From: Candidatus Sulfomarinibacteraceae bacterium
Lineage (GTDB): Bacteria > Acidobacteriota > Thermoanaerobaculia > Thermoanaerobaculales > Sulfomarinibacteraceae
NCBI GenBank assembly: GCA_963796455.1
Contig: CAWCLO010000001.1
Coordinates: 672,001-736,000, forward strand
Reading direction: 5' to 3'
Length of the DNA stretch: 64,000 bases
Numbering within the stretch: the stretch's first letter is position 1; every line of letters starts with the position of its first letter. The notes below the pieces were generated by a model, which was not told the origin of the DNA, made no database searches, and saw nothing but the letters and a program-made list of their open reading frames with translations. Of this stretch, positions 51,035 through 59,250 are shown in pieces. Made by a program: the position numbers and the translations under genes.

Positions 51035-53188
51035 CTAGAACCGATACCGCAGCGTCGCCCTCAGGTTTCGTCCCGGCTCGGGCCGGTTGTTATAGGGCTC
51101 GTTGTAGAGCTTGTCGGTGATGTTCTCCAGCGCGATCAGAACCCCCAGACCGAATTTGAAATCGTAGCCTCCCCGCAGATCGTAGACCGTGAAACCGGTG
51201 GTCCCGGTCTCGAAGAAGGGATCGTCCTCCGGCAGACGGGTCTGGCGGTCGACGAAGCGGAGATTGGCCTCGCTCCACCAATTGGTTTTCTGGTAGCGCA
51301 CACCGAGCACGATCTTGAACGGCGGGATCGAAGGCAGCGGTTCGCTGGTGAGGTTGTTTTCGCCTTCGATGTAGGCGATCGAGCCAAAGGCCGTCCACCA
51401 GGTGGCGAAAATTGTCTCGAGATCGAGTTCGATGCCCCAGATCCGCGCTTTTTCAATGTTTTGAAGCTGCGCCAACTCGATCCCCAGGTCGGGGTCGATT
51501 TCGCCGAGGAACTCGAGGGTGATGAAGTCCGTGAGATCGTTGTAGAAAACGTGCAGCCCGCCGCTGTACCGGTCATAACGAACCTTGGTTCCGATTTCGT
51601 AGTTCCAAGATCGTTCGGAATCGAGGTCCGGGTTCTGCAAAATGAACGCCTCGCCGTTGGTGGCGATCCCGGTGAAGGATCGCTCCTGAAGGTTCGGCGT
51701 GCGGAAACCGCGAGCCACCGACCCCGAGAGGTTGACGTGGTCGGTCACGCTCCAGACCACACCGACGTTGCCGGAGACCGCCGAGTCGTTGACATCGAAG
51801 GGCTCTCCCGGGTAGTTCAGATCGTTTTTGTCGCTGTCAAAGCTGAAGGAGTCGCCACGCAGCCCGAGCTGGAGGGTGACCACATCGCTGACCGCCCAGC
51901 CATCCTGGATATACAGACCAATGCCGACCTGCTCACTCTTGGGCACCGCCACCTCAGTGCTCGGCGGAAGACAGAAGGGCCCGAAGCAGGTATTCGAGAG
52001 GGCTTTGTCTTCGACATTATCGTCATAGACGTCCAAGCCGAAGGTCAGGTGGTGTTGCCCGACATCGGCGATCGACTGGGCGTTGAAACCGATTGAATCG
52101 ATACTCGACTGGGTGAAACTATCGGAGAAGAACCCCGGAAAATCGAAGACGCTCGCACTCTCCTTGTTGATGGCCTGGTAATAGGTGCTGAGCGAAATGT
52201 CGGAAAGGCCCCACACCGGGCCCGAGCTCCACGACACGCCGATCTTGTCGCGATCGAAGTTCGGGAAGCTGAACTCGATCCCCGAGGTCTCCAGATCGAA
52301 TCCCGGGAAACCGACGTCCTGAGTGCGCACGACCTCGGCGTCGATCCGCAGCACACCTTGCTGACCGGTCAAAAACTTGACGCCGCCATTGAAGTTGGTC
52401 TGCTCCATCCCGCTATTGGGGACGGTGTTGTCATCAAGTACGTAATTCTCGTATCGCTCGTCGTTTTTGGCCCCGCTAGCGGCCTTGTAGTCGTCAACCT
52501 GCTCGTAGGATCCACCGACGTAGAAAGAAAAACCTGTCCCCGTCCCGGTGACCGACACCCGCCCGGCCTGCGAATCGGAAATCGTGCCGTACTCGATGGC
52601 CGCATCTCCCGTCACCTTGAAATCCTGAGCGCCGAGGTTCGGCTGCCGGGTGATGATGTTGACCACACCACCGATGGCATCCGATCCGTATTGCACCGCC
52701 GCCGGCCCGCGCAGGACCTCGATCCGTTCGACCTCGGCGAGATTCACAAGCGCCGGTTGGATACCGGCAAAGCTGGTGGATTCGCGAGCGTTGTTGAGCC
52801 GCTGGCCGTCGACCAGAATCAGAACCCGGTTGGAGCTCAGGCCGCGAATGACCGGGATGCCGCGAAAGGGCCCCTCACCTTCAATCTCCACACCGGGGAT
52901 CGTCTTGAAGAGATCGGCCATTTTCTCCGGTTGGATCTTCTCGATGGTCTCGCGATCGAAGACCGTGATCGGCGCCGGCGCATCACCCGATGCCTGTTCC
53001 TGGCGGGCGGCCGTGACCACGATCCGGTCCTTGAAGACCCGCCCTTCTTCCTCGTCTTTCTTGTTTGGTTCCTCCTGAGCGGCGGGATCGGCCGGGCTTT
53101 CGGGCTCGGCCTCCTGCGCCCAGACCGGAATCGAAATCAGCGAACAAACAATCATCACGATCATCAAACGAAAAGAGATTCGCCACAT
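51035..53188 (-). CDS. TonB-dependent outer-membrane receptor
   Basis: GGAGG+ATG, signal peptide, TonB box DRIVVTA, plug IRGL...LILVDG, ERIEVLRGPAAVQYGSDAIGGVVNIIT, C-terminal F. Confidence 0.95.
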   Translation of the reverse strand: MWRISFRLMIVMIVCSLISIPVWAQEAEPESPADPAAQEEPNKKDEEEGRVFKDRIVVTAARQEQASGDAPAPITVFDRETIEKIQPEKMADLFKTIPGVEIEGEGPFRGIPVIRGLSSNRVLILVDGQRLNNARESTSFAGIQPALVNLAEVERIEVLRGPAAVQYGSDAIGGVVNIITRQPNLGAQDFKVTGDAAIEYGTISDSQAGRVSVTGTGTGFSFYVGGSYEQVDDYKAASGAKNDERYENYVLDDNTVPNSGMEQTNFNGGVKFLTGQQGVLRIDAEVVRTQDVGFPGFDLETSGIEFSFPNFDRDKIGVSWSSGPVWGLSDISLSTYYQAINKESASVFDFPGFFSDSFTQSSIDSIGFNAQSIADVGQHHLTFGLDVYDDNVEDKALSNTCFGPFCLPPSTEVAVPKSEQVGIGLYIQDGWAVSDVVTLQLGLRGDSFSFDSDKNDLNYPGEPFDVNDSAVSGNVGVVWSVTDHVNLSGSVARGFRTPNLQERSFTGIATNGEAFILQNPDLDSERSWNYEIGTKVRYDRYSGGLHVFYNDLTDFITLEFLGEIDPDLGIELAQLQNIEKARIWGIELDLETIFATWWTAFGSIAYIEGENNLTSEPLPSIPPFKIVLGVRYQKTNWWSEANLRFVDRQTRLPEDDPFFETGTTGFTVYDLRGGYDFKFGLGVLIALENITDKLYNEPYNNRPEPGRNLRATLRYRF

Positions 53189-53335
53189 GGCGTGTCCTCC
53201 AAAAAACTTGAATCGCGTCGCGGTCAGCGACGACGTGGGGAGGATGGTACGCACAAAATCGTCGGTTGTGTCGCTGAAATCAAAGGTTTTACGGGCAGGT
53301 GACAAAACCACCCGATCGGATGCAGGATGCAGGAT

Positions 53336-53815
53336 CACTCTTGTCCAAGACAGAGCCTCAGACGGATTTCAGGAACAGCGACAGGGACGGCAAGCAGGGA
53401 CAGTTGACAGTAGGCAGCGTCAGTGTTCAGTCATCAGCGACAGGAATCAGCGGCCGGGACAGTGGACAGTAGTCACTTCTTCGGGGCTCAGGCCTTTGTG
53501 GTGCGGCCGTCTCGGCCGCACGGTGTGCAGGCGAGACGCCTACACCACAACGGCCGTTCCTTCCGTTGAACGACCCGGAGGTGGCCACGCCGTCGCTGCA
53601 CCTGATCGCTGCTCACGGCCGCTGATCACTGATCACTGTCGCTGTCCCTGTTCGCTGTTACCTGTCACTGACGCTGGACACTGTCGCTGCCGCTGAAACT
53701 CGGGATCGGGAACGAGTACGTGCCAACCGCGAACCGGATATTCCAAGAACCAACCTGTAAACCACTTGTTGTCAGGTGAGTAACGTCACGTGACAATCTG
53801 TTTTGGACAGCGGTG
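53336..53815 (-). mobile_element. Copy E: two-ended MITE-like derivative with REP-like doublet
   Basis: CACTCTTGTCCAAGACAGA (53336-53354) / TCTGTTTTGGACAGCGGTG (53797-53815); AT on both sides; sits inside (GATGCAG)n. Confidence 0.9.
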
Positions 53816-53898
53816 ATGCAGGATGCAGCTAGATCGTTGATTCACCTTACGGCTTGTCAAGGGTCGTGTGCGGTGAATCCTGAAACCGTTCGTGCGGG

Positions 53899-55134
53899 TC
53901 AGCGCTTCATGATCTCATCGAGGGTCTTGAACCTGAGCGGCCAACCTTCCGGCAGCAGAGCGCGATAGGCTTGCGAAGCAAACCACTCCTCGTCACCGCG
54001 ATAGGTGGGAACCACCAAGCGGGGGAATCGGTTCAGGATCTCGCGATCCGGCACCGTTCGCATGGACTGCAACTCCAGGTTGCGTTCCTGGGTCTCCGGC
54101 AGTCCAGCCACAAACCCCTGCGCGGCTCGCAGCTGCATCAGCAGAAAACCCTCTTCGATCACCGGCCGACCCGCCCGTCCGCCAAGGAGCATGCGCGCCA
54201 TCAGATGACGTACGGCGCCGGCCACGCCCCGCTCGCTCAGTCTGCGGCGCCAACGTTCGCCTCGACTCGGAGGCATGGCCTCTGCACCAAAAGGGTCATC
54301 AATGATTGCTTCCAGCTCGGGTCGTTCCTTGGCAAAGGCCGTCATCCGATGCAAAAAGGTCGTATGGATGGCCGCCGCGAAGGCCGAGCGACACTCGTCG
54401 TCGGCACAGGCATGGAAGGTGCGCAGCGCATTTCTTTCAAAAAGCACACCACGGCGAAAATCCCCGAGTCCGGCGGAGGTCGCAGCGCCCCGGTGACGAG
54501 CCACCGCGTCCGGCGCTGCAACGGTCTCGCGGCCCGTTGCCCACAACCTCCAACCTAATTCAACGTCCTCGAAATATGCAAAGAGCTCGGGGTCGAAACC
54601 GCCGATCTTTTCCCAATCCGCGCGGCGCACGGCCATGTTGCCTCCGCAAGCGAATGGCAGCGCCTCTCCCCGTTTCGGCGGATCCATTTCCGACAGCGGA
54701 TAACCCTGGCCAATTTGAAAGGCGTGACAGTCGAATGTTACGGCGCCGCGGTTGAAGTCATGTCTGGTGCCGTCCCAACTGAGGAGGCGGCCGCCGCTCA
54801 CCGCGGCATGCGGATTGTCGGCGAGGGTGTCGAGATGGGCCTCGACAAATCCCTCTTCAGCGGCAGCATCGTCGTTGAGCAGGACGAGAACCTCGCCGCA
54901 AGCGGCTTCTGCACCAAGTCGAACGCCACCAGCAAAACCGAGATTACGTTCCGACCGGACGACAAGAGCCCACGGGTAACGGCGAGACGCCACGGCTTCG
55001 CACCCGTCGACCGAGGCGTTGTCGACGATCACGACCTCGAAAGCGCCCCGCTCGGCGTCAGCCGCCAACGAAGCGATACTGTCCTCGAGGTGATGGGCAC
55101 CGGCGTGGACGACAACGATGACCGAAGCTTTCAC
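53899..55134 (-). CDS. Glycosyltransferase family 2
   Basis: VIVDNASVDG, NLGFAGG, LLNDD, FAYFEDVELGWR. Confidence 0.92.
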   Translation of the reverse strand: MKASVIVVVHAGAHHLEDSIASLAADAERGAFEVVIVDNASVDGCEAVASRRYPWALVVRSERNLGFAGGVRLGAEAACGEVLVLLNDDAAAEEGFVEAHLDTLADNPHAAVSGGRLLSWDGTRHDFNRGAVTFDCHAFQIGQGYPLSEMDPPKRGEALPFACGGNMAVRRADWEKIGGFDPELFAYFEDVELGWRLWATGRETVAAPDAVARHRGAATSAGLGDFRRGVLFERNALRTFHACADDECRSAFAAAIHTTFLHRMTAFAKERPELEAIIDDPFGAEAMPPSRGERWRRRLSERGVAGAVRHLMARMLLGGRAGRPVIEEGFLLMQLRAAQGFVAGLPETQERNLELQSMRTVPDREILNRFPRLVVPTYRGDEEWFASQAYRALLPEGWPLRFKTLDEIMKR

Positions 55135-56417
55135 CCGCCGCTCCTCTTGCGCCGGATCACACGTTGGATGCGGCGCAGCAAGGGCTCATCCCCGGCGACC
55201 GGACCCGGAGCCAATTCTTCGAATCGTTCGCGGTTCGGGTCGCGGCGCGGATTTGCGGCAAAATCGACGAGCGGTTGCGCTACAGCCTTCCAGCTTCGCG
55301 TGGCCGCCCAACGTCGAGCCGCGACGGCGGCACGCTCGAGCTGATCAGGATCATCGAGAAGTTCCACGACCGCGGCACCCAACAAGGCCGGATCTCCGGG
55401 CGGAACCACCGAGCCGGCCTTGTTCTCGCTCACAATGCGCGCCATGGTTCCGCCGGCGGTCACGACCGCCGGCAGACCCAACCACATCAGATCGACGAGT
55501 CGGGTCCGAAGGCTGAGATCGGTCTCGAATCCCGGCTGATGGGTGACGACGGCGAGATCACACACCTGTGGTACTTCGAAACGCCGTTCATAGGGGCGCC
55601 AGCTTTCGAAACGCACCGCACTTCCGAGCCACCCTTTGCTTTCGGCAAGCTCTTTGGTTCGTCTCGCCACCTTCAACGGAGTGAGCTCCGGGTGGGGGTG
55701 CTCGACAAAAACGATCACAGTACGAGGGTCCCGTTCGAGGAGGAGAGGCAGGGCCTCCAGCACCACGGTCGGATCGTACCAGTCATAAATCCCGCCGAAA
55801 TAGATCACCGGGGCATCGTCGGCAACGTCGATCAGAACCTCGCTCCGCGCTCGTGCCGGCGGTGGCTCCTCCTCCGGTGTTCCAAATGGGAGTTCGACGA
55901 TCAGTTTGTCGAGGTTTGGATCATCCTCGAGAGTCAAGGGGTTGAGCCGGCCGAGGGCGGTCAGCCAACCGAGATAATAGAGTCGCTGTTCCTCCGACGA
56001 ACACAGAAACAGATCTCCACGAGTCATCTGGAGGCGCCAGGTGGCGTGATCGGAACGGAAGGGCTCGAAGCCGAGCTCGCGGTGATAGTGAAGATTTTCT
56101 ACCAGAAAGGGGTCGTAGAGATCGACCACGACCGGGAGATCGTCTCGCTGGCCGAGGTAGTAATTGCCGAGATGGGCGTGCAACAGCACCCAGTCGTGCC
56201 CGTCAGCCTGTGCTCCGAGCCGATCCGGTTCGGCACCGATCGCGCGCACACCATTGCCTTTGACCGGCACCTCATCCGGGTCGTTGGGAACCGCCAGGGT
56301 CACCTCGTGGCCGGCATCGGCCAGAACCCTCGCCAGGGTCAGAAAGCGGGTCCCGACCCCGGCGGTGATCGCTCTCACCGGCTCCGGGCAGATGAGAAAT
56401 GCTCGGCTCATGACCAC
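55131..56417 (-). CDS. GT-B fold glycosyltransferase (family 4-like)
   Basis: GHEVTLA, YFGGIYDWYDP, RTRLVDLMWLGLP, VVPPGDP. Confidence 0.85.
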   Translation of the reverse strand: MVMSRAFLICPEPVRAITAGVGTRFLTLARVLADAGHEVTLAVPNDPDEVPVKGNGVRAIGAEPDRLGAQADGHDWVLLHAHLGNYYLGQRDDLPVVVDLYDPFLVENLHYHRELGFEPFRSDHATWRLQMTRGDLFLCSSEEQRLYYLGWLTALGRLNPLTLEDDPNLDKLIVELPFGTPEEEPPPARARSEVLIDVADDAPVIYFGGIYDWYDPTVVLEALPLLLERDPRTVIVFVEHPHPELTPLKVARRTKELAESKGWLGSAVRFESWRPYERRFEVPQVCDLAVVTHQPGFETDLSLRTRLVDLMWLGLPAVVTAGGTMARIVSENKAGSVVPPGDPALLGAAVVELLDDPDQLERAAVAARRWAATRSWKAVAQPLVDFAANPRRDPNRERFEELAPGPVAGDEPLLRRIQRVIRRKRSGG

Positions 56418-56524
56418 CCTTTCGGCAATTGCTGCAGAGATATGACGACATCCTTCACAGCTGGAATGGTATCAGCACGGTGATATCATCGGGCAAGAGG
56501 GATACCAAGGTGCATCGCGACATC

Positions 56525-58288
56525 ATGCCGCCAGGCACGACCACCGATATCACGGCCGCTTCCGCGTTGGTCATCGCCCCCCATTTTGATGACGACGTGC
56601 TCGGCTGCGGTGGTTTGATTGCCAAGCTCGCGGCAGAAGGCGCCGCGATCTGCGTGCTCTTTCTGACCGATGGATCAGGGGGTGTCGAGGCGATCGACAA
56701 CCGCAAGGCCTATGCCGAGCGTCGACACGCCGAAGCGCGCGAGGGCCTGGAGATTCTCGGGGTCACGGACATCGAGTTCGCAGATCTCCTGGACGGCTCC
56801 TTGACTACCCACATCGATGAAGCGGCCGAGGCCATTCGAAAAACCCTGATCGACCGCCGGCCCGAGCTGCTGCTGACTATTTCACCGCTCGAGATCAGCC
56901 CCGATCACCGCGCCACTTTTGCCGCTGTTCACAAGGTCCTGTCGCCCCTCCGCGGAGGCACCGACCTCGATGAAGCCGTGGCGAACACCGAGATCCTGCT
57001 CTACGAGGCCAATCACCCCGCATTTCCCGACGTCCTGGTGGATGTCAGTGATCAGATCGATCTCATTCGCCAGGCGATCGAGGCCCACGAAAGCCAGCTC
57101 GAGCTCCACAACTATCGCGAAATGACCCTCGGGCTGCGCAGCTTGCGAACCGCATCCCTGGCCCCTGAGATCACGGCTGCCGAGGGCTTTCGCCGGCTGA
57201 CCCTGAACGACTTCGTCAGCAACAGCCGCGCGGGACTGATCCGGAGCCTGGGCGGCGTACCCGAACTCCATGAGATCCTCGACGGCCCGCGCATCAGCGT
57301 GGTTGTTCGAACAAAGGATCGTCCCGAGCTCTTGGCTCAGGCACTGGAAAGCCTCGCGCAGAGCACCTATCGAAGGGTCGAAGTGGTGCTGGTCAACGAT
57401 GGCGGCGATGACCCGACGCCGCCAAGAGATTTTCCTTTCAAAATCGTAGCGGTCAACCTCGCCGAGAATCGCGGCCGCGCCGCGGCTGCCAACGCAGGAA
57501 TCGCCGCCGCTACCGGGGAGTGGGTCGCGTTCCTCGACGACGACGACCTGGCCGAACCGGAGCACCTGGCGACCCTGGCCGGTCTCACCGTCGCTGCCGG
57601 CACCAAGGTCGTCTATACGGATGCGGCGGTCGGAGTTTATGAACTCGACCCCCAACAGGGCTGGCGCGAGGTCGATCGGCGGCTGCCATACAGTCGTGAT
57701 TTCGATCCCGATCTTCTGCTCTTCGACAACTACATCCCGTTCAATACCTTGTTGATCGAACGCGGAGTCCTGGAGGCCGCCGGACCGCTCGACACCGATC
57801 TGCCCTTCTTCGAGGACTGGGACCTTCTCATCCGACTGGCGGCCCTCACGCCCTTTCACCACCTGCCGGCCGTCACCGCCGAATATCGCCATTTCCGCGG
57901 CGGGAGCCACCATATTTTCGGCGAACGACCCGCCGAGCGCGCCGACTTTCTGACCATGAAGTCGAAGATCATTAACCGCTATGGTGACCGCCAGAGCCCG
58001 GATTCGATCGCCCGGGTGGTGGATCTGCTGCGAGGCGAAACGGTCTCAGCGCTGGAGGCGGTATCGGCACGTGCGGCCGAGACCGAAGAAATCCGTCATC
58101 AATTCGCTGCTGAACGCACCGGATTGCTCGGCCAGATCGAGCAACTCCGCGCGGCGGCCCAGGACCAGGACGAAAACGTCCAGAATCTCTTCCTCGAGAT
58201 TCAGCGGCTCAGCGCGCTGATCGAAGAGATGGAAGGCACCAAGGCATGGAAGCTCCACCGCACCGCTGAAAAGCTCCGCGGCCGGTAG
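56525..58288 (+). CDS. PIG-L/LmbE deacetylase + GT2 + coiled-coil fusion
   Basis: IAPHFDDDVLGCGG, FLTDG and PDH; then ISVVVRTKDR, FLDDDD, FEDWD; coiled-coil tail. Confidence 0.88.
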   Translation: MPPGTTTDITAASALVIAPHFDDDVLGCGGLIAKLAAEGAAICVLFLTDGSGGVEAIDNRKAYAERRHAEAREGLEILGVTDIEFADLLDGSLTTHIDEAAEAIRKTLIDRRPELLLTISPLEISPDHRATFAAVHKVLSPLRGGTDLDEAVANTEILLYEANHPAFPDVLVDVSDQIDLIRQAIEAHESQLELHNYREMTLGLRSLRTASLAPEITAAEGFRRLTLNDFVSNSRAGLIRSLGGVPELHEILDGPRISVVVRTKDRPELLAQALESLAQSTYRRVEVVLVNDGGDDPTPPRDFPFKIVAVNLAENRGRAAAANAGIAAATGEWVAFLDDDDLAEPEHLATLAGLTVAAGTKVVYTDAAVGVYELDPQQGWREVDRRLPYSRDFDPDLLLFDNYIPFNTLLIERGVLEAAGPLDTDLPFFEDWDLLIRLAALTPFHHLPAVTAEYRHFRGGSHHIFGERPAERADFLTMKSKIINRYGDRQSPDSIARVVDLLRGETVSALEAVSARAAETEEIRHQFAAERTGLLGQIEQLRAAAQDQDENVQNLFLEIQRLSALIEEMEGTKAWKLHRTAEKLRGR

Positions 58289-58539
58289 CACCGGCCACAC
58301 AGCAGATACTGGATGCTGGATCCTGGATCACTGCTGTCTAAAACAGATTGTCATGAAGTTACCCACCTGACAACACGTGGTTTACGGGTTGGTTTTTGGC
58401 ATATACGGTTCGCGGTTGGCACGTACCCGATCCCGATCCCGAATTGCAGCGGCAGCGACAGTGTCCAGCGACAGCGACAGGCAACAGCGATCAGGGTTCA
58501 GTGATCGGCGGCAGCGGTCAGGAGTACAGGCGACGAAGT

Positions 58540-58675
58540 GGCCACCACCGGGTCGTTCAACAGAATGGGCAGCCGGTGGGCGGCCGATGTCAAGGACAGG
58601 CAGGGTGCAGGGCATCCTTGACATCGGCCGCCACACCGGCTTGTGGCAAAGGGCATGAACGACCCGGAGGTGACC
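58540..58675 (+). promoter_or_regulatory. Long leader hairpin that would sequester the RBS of the four-helix-bundle gene
   Basis: 58540-58559 pairs with 58656-58675 (18/20, includes GGAGGT); 58571-58578 pairs with 58634-58641; perfect 18-bp stem 58579-58596/58615-58632. Confidence 0.75.
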
Positions 58676-59029
58676 GTGTCCAACGCCGCCACGAACACCA
58701 ACCTCGTTGCCCACTCGAAAGCCCTCGAAGCAGCAGGAATCGCGATCAAACTCGTGATGAGGGTTCCAGCTCCGCTGAAGCCTATTGCCGATCAGGTCAT
58801 CCGGTCGGCAAGTTCGGTCCCTGCGAACCTGGCAGAAGGGCACGGCCGAGTTGGTAGAGACCGATTGAACCACTGGAGAATCGCCTACGCCTCGGCCAAA
58901 GAGGTCGACAGCCACTTGCAACTCCTCGCCCACGCCGGGGCGATCAGCCCGAACGCAGCCAGTGAAGTGATGAACGCCTTCGATCAAGTCCGTGCGATGA
59001 CGTGGCGGCTGCTGAACCCGAAGAAGTGA
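58676..59029 (+). CDS. Four-helix-bundle protein (23S rRNA IVP-like family), 117 aa
   Basis: DQVIRSASSVPANLAEGHGR...IAYASAKE signature; GGAGG 5 nt before the GTG, which is ATG in copy B. Confidence 0.9.
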   Translation: MSNAATNTNLVAHSKALEAAGIAIKLVMRVPAPLKPIADQVIRSASSVPANLAEGHGRVGRDRLNHWRIAYASAKEVDSHLQLLAHAGAISPNAASEVMNAFDQVRAMTWRLLNPKK

Positions 59030-59201
59030 GTGCTGTTCGCTGTCACTGCCCCTGCCGCTGATCGCTGACGTCTGCCGCTGACCACTGTTCGCTGACGCTG
59101 TCCCTGATCGCTGTCCGCTGATCCCCGTCCCTGTCCCCGATCGCTGTCTGAGACTCTGTCTTGGACAAGAGTGATCGAGTATCCAGCATCGAGTATTCAA
59201 C

Positions 59202-59235
59202 GAAAAACCCCCGCTCAAACGAGCGGGGGCGTTTC
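59202..59235 (-). terminator. Intrinsic terminator downstream of the POT transporter
   Basis: CCCCCGCTC-AAAC-GAGCGGGGG with a T5 tract on the minus strand. Confidence 0.8.
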
Positions 59236-59250
59236 TGATTCCTAATTCAG

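Larger units (their letters stand above)
58329..59173 (+). mobile_element. Copy A: full-length 845-bp TIR-bounded element carrying a four-helix-bundle gene
   Basis: TIRs CACTGCTGTCTAAAACAGA / TCTGTCTTGGACAAGAGTG (15/19 match); AT at 58327-58328 and 59174-59175; inverted heptamer arrays outside. Confidence 0.9.

Noticed and set aside
50582..52096. 504-aa plus-strand ORF; likewise 58382-59686, 31999-33417 and 21237-22712
   Set aside because: These are antisense shadows of real genes, often extended through low-complexity repeats, with no recognisable motifs.
50497..53815. Composite transposon formed by inverted copies D and E around the TonB receptor
   Set aside because: Each copy separately restores its own heptamer target when removed, which points to independent insertions; the receptor gene has host-like composition.
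58396..58449. Sigma54 promoter in the element's left end (TTGGCA.../TGGCACG...TTGCA)
   Set aside because: GG-to-GC spacing is 12 or 26 nt here and 20 nt in copy D, not the required 10.
58676..59029. Diversity-generating retroelement (Avd-like gene plus a near-identical second copy)
   Set aside because: No reverse transcriptase in the window, and the differences between copies A and B are not confined to adenines.
58329..59173. 23S rRNA intervening sequence
   Set aside because: The flanks are protein-coding genes, and no rRNA sequence is recognisable.
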